64,000 bases of DNA from Lingula anatina. Its lineage: Eukaryota > Animalia > Brachiopoda. The stretch lies in assembly GCA_051362555.1 (NCBI GenBank), contig CM120640.1, positions 22,802,225 through 22,866,224 on the forward strand. The letters run 5' to 3'. This document shows, one piece after another, positions 1 to 19,707 of the stretch. Every line of letters starts with the position of its first letter. Positions within the stretch are counted from its first letter, which is position 1. The notes below the pieces were generated by a model. That model ran no database searches. It saw nothing but the letters and a program-made list of their open reading frames with translations, and had not been told where the DNA came from. The translations under genes and the position numbers were made by a program.

Positions 1-470
1 CCGATATACCGGTTAATTCAGGATCCTCATGTGCCGAGTCTGGTAGTTGGGTAGGCCTGATAGTCTAGTCCCACTAGTTAACGTAAATGAACACCGAGCA
101 TTAATTACGTACCGATTTCATTGACCGAAGATATACTGGTAATAAAAGAGGCCTGTATCAAGGCACTGCAAAACCTGATTTGATGTCTATTATTTTCTTC
201 TTTATCTAAGCAAGTAAGATGGGTCAAGCTGGGACAAGTAGTTGAAAGATTTCAGCTCCTACATCGGGCTTGGTTTAGCGGCTCACAAATTCTAGATATA
301 GTTTTGTTTTGTATAATTAGCGTAGGTCGTCCTTTTAGTTCTGGGTAAGCCTATAGAGACCCACAACTTTATGATAAGGTTTGTCAAGTTCAAATATGTT
401 ATCTCTCATAACAATTTAATTGAATATCTCATTATTACACCTTCACACCGCGAGCTGGAATAAAAATTAC

Positions 471-2513
471 CTTATTTATTCTCTTTTCACTAGACCCCGT
501 GACTAGTGTGTTTCCACATGTCAAAAGATGTGACATGATAGCGTCCTTCAAAAGTTCTTCTTTGGAGAAAGATAGTCTATGTTCGTGTGAAAGGTACGTT
601 GCTGTCAACTGAAATAAAAAAACGTTTTTCTATTCAAAGCAAAGAGATACTTGTGCAAGAGAATGTTGCCATCTTAACAGGACTGGTCTTTTTCTATATC
701 AAAATAAGGCCAAAATATATTATATTTATTACAAGACAAATGATCGACGCCCCAGGGGTAAAAGAAAACACTGCAAGTTCGAGATATATATCTTTAAATA
801 CATATTGAAAGGTAAATTTTGCAAGCGCAGCAAAATGTGAAAGAGGAACAACCGACACAATTTATTTTGAAGGAGAAACTGGACATTTCTGGCGTGAATT
901 AAAGTGGGTAGCATTCAAAGGCCTATGTATCGGCCAGAAAAACATGAATTTTCTTCCGTTTGAAAAAAAAAAAGACAACGAATATTTTTATTTTAATTTG
1001 TCGATCACGTGTTGTTGAATTTCTTCAAAAAAGAACAATTCTTCCAAACATTAAGATTGAATCAGCCATTGAAACAGTCTTACCGCTACTGCTTCTGGAA
1101 TTGCAAATCGTTCCATGGTTTCGGAAATTTCAACAAGTTTGGGGATGTGATCATCGAAGAATGTCAAAGCTTTATTTCGGCCGTCAGTCTGAAAAGGGAA
1201 ATATTTTCCATATTCGTTCCTTTATTTTGTATCGTGCTCAATTTTTTTTAAAGGATACGGCTAAAGAAAACTTTTTGCCTTAAAGTGCCTATCGGTGATA
1301 GGCCTATCAATTTCTTTTCCGTTCGTTTTAACATAAACGGTATTATATCCTTTCGGTATCTGTTTCATTAAAAACTAACAAAATATGTTGATGTTGGCCC
1401 TATAGTGATAAGATCCACAGCAATTAGAAAATTGGCTTTATTATTAAAATATCTAACCTTGTTTTCGTTGTATTTGATATCAGTCATCTGCATATGCAAT
1501 AAAGTAGGGTATCTTGTCATTACGACATAGACTGTTAATGATTGGCATATTAATGGGACAAAATCTCTGTCCTCGGGCTCACTACAAGATCAAAATTTGT
1601 TACTATCAAATATATCTAAACGTAGACAAACCTTTTCCAACAATATGCGGAAACTGCTCACCAATCTTTGCATATATCTCTTGATCAAATCCCGACAAGA
1701 AAAGAAATCTCTGATGTGTGTATTGTGTAATAAAAACGTTATTCCATGCACTTTTATGCCCAGCTTTGTCATACCATTAAATATATATGTCGTTGCTGTG
1801 AAATCTTCTTTAGAAACAGTGAATGACTTCACATTGATCGAACCGTCCCCTTCGTCTCTGTCCAGTTCATGCACCAGTGACTTTCGACATATTTCAAGCA
1901 GACGATCATCTTGGATTTTGAAGTCATTGGCCAACCATGTCCTCATTATTCGAGGACCGCAAATATTGTCCCAACAACTGACAACAACGGCACGAAATAG
2001 TTTTGAGGCACATTTAGGAAATTGTCTTATGGTAACATTATTTTCTCTTTCCAATGAACCTCCGCTAAATATTTCGCTTTTATTTGAATAGCTACCAGTC
2101 TTTAGTTTTTCCGGCGATTTCGCTTGTATTAAAGAATCAGCAAATCCCGAATCGCACTCTGAGTTTTCGGAAATATCGGCGTGGTCTTTATGCTGGTTTT
2201 TATCTGTGGAATTCTCTTCCTTGACCGTTAACGGGATATTTTCTTGGGCATGGTCTGATAAAGACATGGGCGAAAGTAATTCAGATGATTCTGTTTCAGT
2301 CGAAGAAACAAATGCATTAATATCCTTATGAATTTCTTTGCTACTACAAGTCGTATCACTCATGCATTCTGAACCGTTTTCTCCTAGACCACCATTTTTG
2401 AAGGCCTTCCCAAAATTATTCAAACCTCCACTCTGATTTGTCCACTTGTCCAAACTTTGTCCATCAATAGATGATACTCTTTGGAGAGTTGCATACACCA
2501 GGCTTAGATTCAT
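471..2513 (-). CDS. C9orf72: C9orf72-like DENN-domain protein, 5' part (exons 2513-1632, 1188-1084, 608-471; continues toward or beyond the window start)
   Basis: Exon 1 encodes LFRAVVVSCWDNICGPRIMRTW (cf. human AATFAYWDNILGPRVRHIW). Exon 3 encodes AIMSHLLTCGNTLVTGSSEKRINK (cf. AISSHLQTCGCSVVVGSSAEKVNK). Phase-0 GT-AG junctions. GCCATG start at 2513 follows a probable 5'UTR intron (~2562-2677). Confidence 0.85.
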
Positions 2514-3772
2514 GGCAATCGAAACCCAGTTGCAAGTTGCTTTATCTAGGGAACAAGACCCTGTAATAGGTGATCTTCGCGTGTAACAATGGAATACTGA
2601 GCGACTTCTGGTATAGGAACGCCTCTGCCGTAATGTCAGTATATTGGGTGTTGTACTCCACAAAACCAATCACTTACTCTGTAGTTATTTTGTCAATACC
2701 TCAGCATACTAGTAGTCTGTGAGTCAACATAAACCTTGCTTATCACATGGTGATAATGTCGCAGTGAAAGGACATTTAAGTCCAGTCCGTGCTCTGCTCG
2801 TAAGCGTCACAAAAACAATGTCCTCACTAATACCGACAGTGATAAAATCCGTGTTCGAAATATGCATTGACCTAATCAGTAGAGTTTATACCTTTATCTG
2901 GTCCAGTCACGGATCTAGTACAGGTTAACTGGGGTAAATAAACATACACGTAATATTGGGTTAACAGGTTTCAAAATCCATCGCATCAATTAATAAACAA
3001 AAACCATATTAATAAAACGAAAAATAGAGATAATTAAAAACAACAAAGAATTCAATATAAAGTAAAAGGCTTTATCTACATCTGTTCTTTTTTGTTATCA
3101 GTGGTATTTAATTACTACATGCGTATTTCATCGTTTTTGTGGTAGTTGTGAGGGACATTACTTTAAAAATCCTTAAAAAATGAAGATTGAGAATCCATTA
3201 CTTATATAACAATGAAATTACAATAACAAAAAAAAAAAAAATAATAATAATAATAATAATAATAATGGAAAAAAGGGTTTGAAAAATCTAAAGGGGGAAA
3301 AGCATTATATTATTTCACTTTTATGGACTTTCCAATTTACAGTAAGCTATATTTTAATACATACACGCAGTTGTAAGATTTTTACCATCTTTATTCGTAT
3401 CACAGTAAAAACTGGACGGCTGGTTTCAGTGTTATCACTTTGAAACTGAGATGTCCACATAAAATGCAATGACATAACTCTATTACATAAAAAGTCAATA
3501 TACAATGTACAGGTATAAAATGATAATAGTAATTATTTTTTATCCATTTTGATACTGAATGTCTTCCCAAACTGTTAAAGAATACCCAATGAAGTTATCA
3601 CATTCTGCATGTGCATTAGAAATATTTGGACAGCCACAATATTTGGACTCAAAACAACAGATAAAATTGTCCTCTTCACCTGGTAATCTATACATCTACA
3701 GTTTTGCCACATATGTATTTACAATTTCATATATTTACAAAATCAACAGTGATAGCAGTTTATTAGTGAAGT

Positions 3773-3993
3773 TACTCTTGGTTTCTATATAAGGCTGTTT
3801 ATGCCATTTTGGAATGTTTATTAGAGTCAAATGTCAAGAGGATAATGTTATCTATCTCCCAGCTCCTCTTCATCTTCTCTTCCCAGCTACTCTTGGTTTC
3901 TATATAAGGCTGTTTATGCCATTTTGGAATGTTTATTAGAGTCAAATGTCAAGAGGATAATGTTATCTATCTCCCAGCTCCTCTTCATCTTCT
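3773..3993. repeat. 115-bp tandem duplication spanning the DNAI4 stop codon and proximal 3'UTR
   Basis: TACTCTTGGTTTCTATATAAGG...CTCCTCTTCATCTTCT occurs at 3773 and again at 3888, essentially identical. Confidence 0.9.
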
Positions 3994-4826
3994 TCTTCTT
4001 CTTCTTCTCCCTCTTCTGGCTTGTCCAACTTCAGTTGTTTTTGGCTGGCGAGAGATGTCTTGATGATGGACATGAGCGCCTCCTTTTGGCCAGAGTCTGA
4101 TGGTGGGGGCATCCCGCGTAGCTGGTATACTGTCACCTTGCCATCACTATCACCAACCAGAATAGACTGAAAGAAGAAAATATATTCAATAACAAGAAAT
4201 AATATCTTTTGTGATGTTGACCTTGATGAATTTAAGTTGTAACCTTTAATTGACAAGTTTATTGTCTATCTGAATTTATAAGTATAAAGTTCAATAAATA
4301 GATCTATATGAATCCACCTGTGCTAATTTGCTTTCTTGTTAACATATATTCACAACTAGCACAACTCACTACTGGTACTTACAGGTAAATTATGCTCACT
4401 GCGTATGCTAGTCACTACACATATCTATGGTTAGGCAAAGGATTATTTGATAAAACATTTTTATTTACCTCAGAATTCTTTGCAAATGTCACTGTAGTCA
4501 ATCGCTGTCCAGATGCTTCACTCCAGATGGGATCAAGCCTTAAATAAATGAGAAAAAAATGCTTAGTGTTATAATCCAAAAAGCTTTCGCTAATGTCCCT
4601 ATGGCTAAATGACACAATGGATTATTTGTAAAAATTTTGCTGTCTTATATTTTCTTGTCTTTTATCCAAATAGCACTTTACAATACATAAATTGAAAGAA
4701 TTTTTGTAAAAAAATATTTAAACAAAAACAAAGTCTCATACAGAGACAAGTAAATAAATCACACCAACAATAAGTAGCAAACATGAGTAAATTTTGAGTT
4801 TACTTAGTCCCTCTCCCCCCCCCCCC

Positions 4827-4861
<35 letters not shown>

Positions 4862-7277
4862 TACGTGCTTTCACTGAGATCCCATATCTCTACTCTGGCC
4901 TCATTAACACAAGCAAATACTGTAGAAGATCTTGGGGACCAACAGACATCAAATACAGATTTCTAAAATAAGCACGGGCCAAGTTAATCTTTCAATAATC
5001 ATACAAATTTTCTTTTAAAATGCACAATAAACATATAAAACAAAAATTACTTCTATTTTAACAGTAAAATAACAAATATTTTAGCAAAACTTGCAGGAGA
5101 GCGTACAAAATACTGTTGAAATTATCAGTAATTATGGTATAAATCAATGTGGTTTTTCTTAAAATGAAAAAAGCTACTAAAAATTATATACACTTACATT
5201 GATTCTACACAACAATAAACCACAAAAAGAAATAGAAGTAAAAATGCACTCACAGTTGAAGAGTAACAGCTGAGTACTGGCTGCAGGTGCTCCTGATGCC
5301 ACAGCCTCATTGTCCAGTCTCCACTGCAGCTTACAAAGACATCAGGCACAAATGGGGACCACTGGATCTTGTAGACTGGTCCCTGGAAATGAAAAACACA
5401 ACATGTAACTGAATGAGAAAGGTGTTATTTGGTGGCCTGCTTATCAACTGAAATATTTTACAAAGTAAAGTGTGAATCTTTGGTAACAGTTAGCTTCTGT
5501 TTTACATTAAAACTATAAAGGTTTCTAAAACTGCTAAGTGTAAGTGGATTTAAAAATTTGTTTTACAGTGGAGTGCTTTGATTAATTGTGGACAACATTA
5601 GTATTATATAATGTTATTAGTGCTCACTTACATTATGTGCTGTGTATGTATCTAAGAACTGCTCATTATATGAGCAGGAACATTTGTGTATGTGACCCTC
5701 TTCTGTGCCTGCCAAATAGCTGGAGAAAAAGAACAAAATTTGGTTACTACTGCCAACAAGATTATTTTAAACAAAAAAATCTGAGAACAAATACAATTAT
5801 GCCAATTCCTTTTTTAAAAATAAATTTCCATTCTTGGGAGATTATGAGCAGAAATAAAAATATCAATCAAAAGTCTATTAAACACTGATCAAAATGCACT
5901 AACATGTTTGTGTCCTTGGCATTGAAATCAAAGCAAGCACCACCAGATGTTCTCGTGATTAAAGAGTCTGCCTTCTTTTCTTTACCACGTAAACCAACTA
6001 ATGCTGCTTTGGAAGCCATTCTTTTCAACCTCATCAAATCTGAAAAATGCCATTACCCAGTCTTAAGTTAAAATCACTAATTTCTCTATTCCCATTTGAT
6101 AAGATAATACTATTTGAATTCTAAAATTTTAGACAAATCAACATAGCTATCAAAATACACATAATAAGCATACATATATATATTTAAAAAGTTTAAAAAA
6201 GAAAATTTTATAATTTTATTGAAAATTTAATTTAAATATCATGTTACTGTAATATGCACAGCTTACAATGTGTTAGTTCACTAAATATGAAAGGGAGAAT
6301 TTGAAAATCACTTACCTGTGCACTCAAACCCTTTCCTAATCGACCACTGCGTCACTCTTCCATCTGTAGAGACTGAGATCAGTACCTCAGCTCTCTCCTC
6401 TGAACCTCGCTCCTTCTCTATCCACCTAAGCTGCCACACAGGGGCAATGTGTTTGCCATTGGACTCACTGGAAAACAACCATTTGCATAAAATGACAAAT
6501 AATGAAATGTAAATCAAAGGATACTGTAAGTGAACTAAATGGTCAATGGGCGACATTTAAAAAGTCTGCTATAATGGCTGTAAATATGCATGTAGATAAT
6601 GACACTGGATACTTACAAACTGTCCAGCACAGGTTCATTGTTTTGGCTTCTTACATTGTATATGGCCACTGTGCCATCATACATTCCAACCTGTAAAAAA
6701 GATGAAAATAAATAACAGTGAATATATGTAAATATAATATTAGTAGTACAAGCTGCATCTAGGCACTAAATTCATGGTCAATCAATATATTTTCAAAAAG
6801 AAAGGCATATATAGATAAACACACATATCAAAACAAACTGTGAACTACCTATCAAAAGCCAGCAAAAATTTTAAGTGAAGGTTAAAGTACGAAGAAAATT
6901 ACTCACCGCCAGCAAGTTCGGATGGGTGTTTGAAAAATCTAACGATGTCACCCCTTGTTCTGTGGTATAAATACGTTCAGGAAACTAAACAAAACATAAA
7001 AGCAATGAAACCAATTAAAATATTTTCTCTTTTAAAATTTTATTACAGAGCTCAGTCAGTATATTGACTAATGAAAAAATGATCAAATGTTACTTTTTCC
7101 TGGACCATCTCTATCAGTTTGCTGTACATAGTATGCCTGTGTTTATTACTGTTTACTCTCAATGTTAAATAGGTATCATGCATGTACATACCTCTGGATT
7201 TTTGAGTGACCAACAGCAAACCATGCCACCTTTTTGGTTTGTAAATTCAAACTGACCATATCCTATTGCTATCAGAT

Positions 7278-7342
<65 letters not shown>

Positions 7343-8857
7343 AAGACTAGTTTTATCATATAAAGCAGCATTTTAAAGCAGATTATTTAATTTGTCTGTA
7401 ACATTCAGTTCCTAAGGCCTGTGAGTTCAAAGGGACACTCAAAATTTTTGATTTAAAAATAAAAAAAAGAGTAACTTTTAAATGCAAATTTCACAACTAC
7501 ATGTATGTATTCTATACTTACTGGATTTTTCTTGTTCCATGACATACAACTGACATTTTTGCCTTTAGTCAGTGGACAGGAGTATACCCAAAGTCTCTCA
7601 AGACTGGGCCCTGCATCACTGACAGCCACCTGGTTGGGCAGGGGAGTTTCACTTTCACTTTTAACCCTGTCAATGTCTGTAAACAATGATTTATATAAAT
7701 ACAACTTGTCTATGTTTTTCTACTGCCATTTATTATGTGTTAAGTACAGTATTTAAAATCATGTGTTGAGCTGAAACTGATATCTACTGATACACAATTT
7801 TAATTCCTAAATAATATAATAAATTGAAATGATGACTGCCATTTGATTCACTCCAACATTAGCTCCAGGTACATAATGACAATAAATGTCAAATATCTGG
7901 TTTCATTGTGATCTAACAGTAAAAGAGGTAGTGCTTACAAATATGCATGAGCCTTTACATACTGTTTACCTCTCTATAACATTTTCCTCTATGTAATTTT
8001 TCCATTACCATCCCCATTTGCATAACATGAGCAATTATTTTATTCTCTTTCTTTTTCCTATTGCATGACCCATAGTCCAAAACACCACCATATATTTTCC
8101 TACAAAGGTGTCCAACCAACAATACCAGTATTGCACCTATTCAAAATCAATTCCTCCTCATAAACAAAAATAAACTTACCTTCAAATATTGGGAAGTGTC
8201 TATAAGATGCTTGTCTTGGTTGGTAACTGTTGAGATTTACAACTCTTTCCATGATTACAAGATTCTTTTTCAATGAATCCGACTAAAACAAAAAAGACAC
8301 ATTATAAGTATGTACTTTAACTTCTAGAATAGACATATAAAAATATAACTGGGAGAAAAAACTAAATAGTTCTCCTCATTTAAACCCCTTCAAAGAATGA
8401 ACAACTGTCAGGGTGTAGACTGTCATTACTTAAAAAAATGTTACAATTCAAATAAATCATGACATAAACATTCAGATGACAATGATCACACAATTGTATT
8501 TGCTCTCAACTTCAAAAAAGAATAAGATAATACATCTGACATGTCAAAACAAGTTTCATGATAATGAAGAGTATTTTCTCACCTTCATTATAGCTTCACC
8601 TTCCTCTTTGGCTTTCTGTTCAGCTGTTGGCCCAGTGGCTGTGCTGCCCTGTGCTTCTGACCCCATCATTACTGAGGACATAATAGTCGCCCGACTCTCT
8701 GTAAGGAGTTTGTAGTGTAAATATTACAATACCACAAAAAAAAAAAACCCCTAAAATCAATAATAAAATTAAATCAAATTTAATACTCAAATATTCAGAA
8801 ATAAGGATATTTCCAAAACTTGTACTTCTTAGCTGCCTTTGATAAAATGATAAGCAA

Positions 8858-8889
<32 letters not shown>

Positions 8890-11640
8890 CACCAGGCACA
8901 GGCTCACTGTAAACATTACCTGTCCCTGGCCTGATGCTGATCTGTGTCTGTCCCCTGGACACTGCTCCAGCTGGGGCATCAGTCTGTGTGTCACCCTCAA
9001 CAGTCTCCACCTTCTGTTTAGAACTGACAGGTCTGCTCATGGTTCCCTCTGGATTCTCTTCACCTGCCTCATCTCCTTCCTCGCCTGGATCACAAGACAA
9101 TTACATCAGAGACATTGTTAATTAGCTAACAGTTACATAATTATGGATAAAATGCTGAGATTTAACACTGCTTCACACATTGCTAGTTTTCCCTTAGCAT
9201 GTGTTTTTTAAAATCTAATAACTGTTTGCCTCTATGCTCATTTTAACCTACTTTTCTTTTGTGCTGCAGCCAACTCCTCATATGTGTCATACATGTCCCA
9301 CGTGGCAGCTGTTATTCCCACATCCTAAAAGTAATAACCACATCTCAATTGACTGACCAAAATTGGCAGAAATTTATTACGAAAGAGGTCACAAGAGCTT
9401 ATTTACATATAAAACCTAGAATCAACTTCTAAACACTATTAATTTCTTTTTTTAGTTTATGCTGAATAAAAATCAAGTTCAAAAGTTCAAAGTTGAATCT
9501 GTATGACAGAACAAATAATTTCCTACATGAATACCAAGCTGATACTTACGACATATCCAATCTTTTGAGTCTGTACAAGCTTGAGTTTAGGTGGGTCATT
9601 GAAGGTGTTCATTTCTCTCTCCATGTACCTGTCATTCCCTGCTCTGCTCTTGCATAACTAAAATAAAGATTAAAATTATGTGTATAGCATGCCTGATCCT
9701 TCTTGTGAATTTTGACTGGCAAAATTTTGGTCACGTTTGAAGATTCATAATTATACCATTCATAAGCCACATACAGCACTGTGCAACACATGTGGCCCAA
9801 TGGTTAATAGTTCCTGACATGTGACTTCATAGTTTAAATTCTTTGCTGCCTACCTCCTTGTATTTTTCATTCTTTTCTTTGACAACAGCTGCTTCATCAC
9901 TTTCCAGAGATACACAAGTGCCTGGCATGTCCAGGATCCAGATAGTCTCAGTCTCACTTAGTGTAATATCAATAACCTTAGCCAGGTCACTCTCATTCAA
10001 CACCTCTTTCACCTCTTCACGCTTGTGCTTTATATCTGCAAGAAAAATGTACATAAAGTATACATAGATATGACACTGCAGATGACTATCACATATCAAT
10101 AAATATGTTTAATTGTGTGGAATATGCAAAGTAACTTAAAAGTGCGTGATCTTATAACATATCCAATTCTTAAAATTATCAATGCAGAATTATGAATAAA
10201 AAACAGAAGGGGCATTCCAACTAGACATTTAAAAAAATCTTTGCATGAAATACTTACCTCCCCAGGCAGTTACTGAGGTATGTGCTTCCTCCACATGGCC
10301 CACCATAGACTCTCCCAGTGATCTCTGTTCAGACTGATCAGCACTAAATACAGATCTGAAAAGACAAGAAAAGAAAAGCTTAGTGCCACACAACCTACAT
10401 GTGTAATTGTGATAAGTTTTGATAAATATTAATAAAATATTTCAGTTAAATTTTATACTACTTTGTAGTCTTATAAGCAACTTTAAATAAATCTAATTTT
10501 CATCAAGTTATAAAAACAGATATTGCTTTCTTTTCTTGTTTGTTTTGACAGTGTAGATCATCTACAACAATTAGGATAAAATTTTAAGTAAGCAAATTGC
10601 AATTCACAGCAACCACATAAATCACTCCACCCTAATATAATACAGAAAATGTCGGTTATATCTTTTATAGTCAAAGTAAGTAGATAATAAACAATTTTAC
10701 ATTATAGAAATACATATATGCAAAATTAACCTTCCAAAAGGGCCTCCACCATAAGTACTTTGTGACATGTTCAAAGTCCCTGCTTGATAGATCGAAGCCT
10801 GAGACATCAGATCAGTAGGCTAAAGTTAAATATAAATATTAATAATTAGCACAATAAAGTTTCTCTATGTCATATTGCTATTAAATAATTTCTTTCTTTC
10901 TAAAATATTAACAGAACAACTAGTAATAATATATACATAAGAAAAACTGAAAAATAAAATAAAAACAAAACAAAACAGTAGCATCCATCTTCAATTCCTT
11001 TCCAAAATAACATGCGATCTAACTGATCTTGAACATTACAATACAATACATAATGCAATCTTTTAATTGATAAAAATAATAATAAGTAAAAAAAATCTGA
11101 ATTTCATATAACTTGAATTTACTATGTTGGATAAAAGATAACACTTACTGTTCCTGCAGATCCATCGCCAAGTATATTGCTAGATTTCTTGACAGCTGAA
11201 GGATCCAAGTGAAGCAAAGGTTGTGGTGTCACATCTTGGCCTAAGTCATCCAAAATCTAAGTACCAAATATGAATAAACTTTAACCTGGGTACAACTGTA
11301 TAATAACCACAACTGCTGCATATCTTATTCATGATAAACTATTTAATGAAATCAATTTTTTTCATTTAATGAAATAAATTAAAATAATATCTATCAAAAA
11401 ACCTGGTATGAATACCTGGACATATGGCTTTCCTGGAACAGTCCCCCTAACTCCTTCACTACCTGCCAATTTCTTACCACTTGCAGAAGAAAATACATTA
11501 CTTCTACTACTGGCAAAGGTTGCACCTTGACCCCCTACTCTGCTTTTACTAGTTCCAGAAACTGCTGCAACACTCTTGCGGGAGGTGGTGCTAACCCCAA
11601 CCTTGGAAGCACTAAAACAATAAAACATATTTTCCACAAT

Positions 11641-11730
<90 letters not shown>

Positions 11731-11891
11731 GTTTCAGTGGTACGCCTTAACTTTTTTCTCATAAATGGCACAAAATTTACAGCACACAAAACAGGCATTG
11801 TTATTTTTACTATTTATCATACATTTTCGGCTGCTAAATTAATTGAGAATAAACTGAAAACTTACCCTGTCCTTTTCTGTGCATGAGACAT
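3963..11891 (-). CDS. DNAI4: Dynein axonemal intermediate chain 4 (WD40 repeat protein WDR78), about 21 exons
   Basis: Spliced exons give [118 protein letters not shown] and [16 protein letters not shown] at 11891, TAA at 3963, consistent intron phases at the junctions checked. Confidence 0.93.
7286..7343. repeat. (TAAA)n microsatellite abutting a DNAI4 splice acceptor; a second shorter tract at ~8857-8888
   Basis: Direct reading of the sequence. Confidence 0.95.
11644..11725. repeat. Compound (GT)n(GA)n microsatellite in DNAI4 intron 1
   Basis: Direct reading of the sequence. Confidence 0.97.
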
Positions 11892-12299
11892 CTTAATCAC
11901 ACGCACAGAAAATTTGAAAAAATATGATTTTGATAAGCACTAGCACTTTTTGCCGTAATAGTGTATATGTTGCTAAGCTTTTGGATGCCTTCGGTATAAA
12001 CTACGCTCTGATTGGTTAATGTTCTTTACAGATGGTCCGAACTTTTTCTGTTCATTCGTCAGTCACTTTCAAATTTATTACAAGAAACGTAATTAATTTG
12101 ATTATTCTGTTGTATTGTCGTATATTACAAAATACCATAATGCAGGTAGCTGTGTTTTATAAGATATTTCACCAAAACATTTCCGAAAATCCATTTCAGT
12201 TCAACAAATCAGAGATCGTCTCTTATCACACTTAGCCTGCTGGGAACCCCCAGTCTCGTTTCCAATCGTAGTTTACGCTATCCCATAATTTAGGCAAAG
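11892..12299. promoter_or_regulatory. Probable bidirectional promoter shared by DNAI4 and MIER1
   Basis: About 408 bp between divergent ATGs, locally CpG-retaining. CCAAT box (CTGATTGGTT, ~12008-12017), X-box half site GTTGCTAAG (~11969), YY1-like AAGATGGCGG over the MIER1 start. Confidence 0.65.
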
Positions 12300-17594
<5,295 letters not shown>

Positions 17595-19707
17595 ACATTC
17601 CAGACAATAATGTGCAATAATCACAAGAAAACCAAACGCATAGTTTTAGAAAAGTTTTAAGTATAGAACTCAGAACAGAATGAAGATCTCCAGTTTATGT
17701 TCTGTAGACAGTTTTGAAAAACCTAAGATTAGATTAGAATGTTACCTCAGTTAAGTGTAGTAGTTCTGGTTTTGGAAAGAAATAATAGCAGAAGCCATAC
17801 TTGAAGAGAAAATGTACTTGATCATGCAGCAATTTTTAAACCAGTTTAAGAGTTTATTTATGAACAGTACTTAAAGCAATGTGTACATTATGAATAGCCA
17901 TGGTAAGTGTAGTTTTGTCATGTACATGTTAAGTTCCCTTTGCTTTAAGATAACTGATTTATCAGGAATACAACTTAGTTCTGGATTATTAGGTCTTCCT
18001 TTTGTATAGATATTGCAGTGAAACATATTTAAAAAAATGATTAATTATGTTTGTCTCCTTCTTTCAAACTGAGTGAAGCTGCTGGAGTGTGTTCACTTCA
18101 CTTATTAATGAAAAATGTTTTGCCAGTTCTTTAAGAGACACCAGGCTAGTAAAGAGGTTTAAATTTTATATAATACTAGCCCACTTTTAGACCCCTATTG
18201 CCCCAAAAGCCTCAAAGCTTTTGGACATACTGTTATGGAGTTTAGGATATTGAGTCAAAGTAGATGTAAGTACAGTTATTAATTTATCAATTTAGCATTA
18301 TCATTAGTATGAATCTGTGTTTGATGTAATTTGTATATTCTTGCTATAAACAATCAAGAATTTGTGCTGATGGCACTTTGTAAATTGTGAAAACATTATT
18401 ACTGCCTTGGAGGAAAATAGCACAATAGTTCTGAGGTAGATGATGTTTTAAATTAACACTTTTATTATGATAATTTATTTATTTAGTCATTTAATTTTGC
18501 TTGAAGAGATTATTAGCAATACACTTTCAATATGGTATATTGAGAGAGAAGTGTCAAGATAACATGAAAGACTGAAAACTAGATTATTTGTTGCTTCAAG
18601 GTCTTATGTGTGCAAGCTCTTACAAAATTCTATGTCTCATATGTATCAGAAGCAACATGGGTGTTGTGTTCATCTGTTCTATTTTTGTAAAATACAAATG
18701 TTAGATTTATGTCCCAAATATCTCAAATTATGACTTGAAAAGCAAAGCTGCCCTCCATGACAACTCACTTGCAAACATACCCATACATACTGTCTCCGGC
18801 ACTCCCTCTTTTTCTTTAATTCTTTTTCTTCCTTTCTTTTTCAAGAAAAAATCACAACTAAATGGGCAATTGAATTGTTGTCAATTAGACAGAAAAATTA
18901 ATGATACCTTTTCACTGCGGTAGAACCTTGGTTTTTTTTTTTTTCTTTCATTATTTTGTAATTGAATACACATTGTTTATGGGAGAAAATGATTCGTGCA
19001 TATTGTGAAATGATGCCCTAGTTGATGTATTAGTAGTGCATTTATTTCCAGTGTTTTGGAATGCACTCATTTTGTTGGCATTTTCCACTAAGTGGATTGT
19101 AAAATAATGTACATGTAGTAGTGATAGCACTGAGCTGTTATTCAAATACTTAAAAAAAAGTCACTTCATTGAAGTAGTAGAATCTGTGTTTGACTAAGAA
19201 AGTGTTATCCAAATAGAATGTGGCAATTCAAGCATTACTTTTTTTATACAGAGGACATTAAGTTTTATGATATTGAAACAAAATATCTTGCATCATTGTA
19301 GATAGGGAATACTGTATAATAAACATATTTAAATAAATCTTTTTGGCTTTCTTGGAATATGAATGGCATTTCAACCATTATAATCTTGTATTTATATAAT
19401 CTGTATGTTTGTGATGTAACTGAAACCAAGATTTAAATTAATATCTAAAAGTTCTTATAATTTATTTCTTAGTCTACCAGATTAGATAATCTGCAGGGAT
19501 TCCACTTCACAAAAAATGATTATCCGGTATTGGGTATATGATTGAATTTTCATCTTCTTTGGAAAATGTATTTTGTACTTTTATTTTAAATGACCCAACA
19601 TCGCCTTAATTTTATATCGTAAAAATATTTTAAAAGCAGAGTTATTAATAAACAGTGAGAATGCGTCATTGCAACAGTCACATCTAACGCAATTCAATAG
19701 ATTCAAG

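Noticed and set aside
1-470. Next C9orf72 exon
   Set aside because: The frames I tried hit stops and did not match the expected C9orf72 continuation, so it is left uncalled.
2514-2669. ORF-track N-terminal extension of C9orf72 starting at 2669
   Set aside because: The track start is a non-ATG codon inside a probable 5'UTR intron, and the upstream exon has an in-frame stop.
2670-3100. GGGGCC-type repeat near the C9orf72 5' end
   Set aside because: None is present.
11527-11886. ORFs with CV/ER or LS/HT repeats
   Set aside because: Translations of the (GT)n(GA)n microsatellite.
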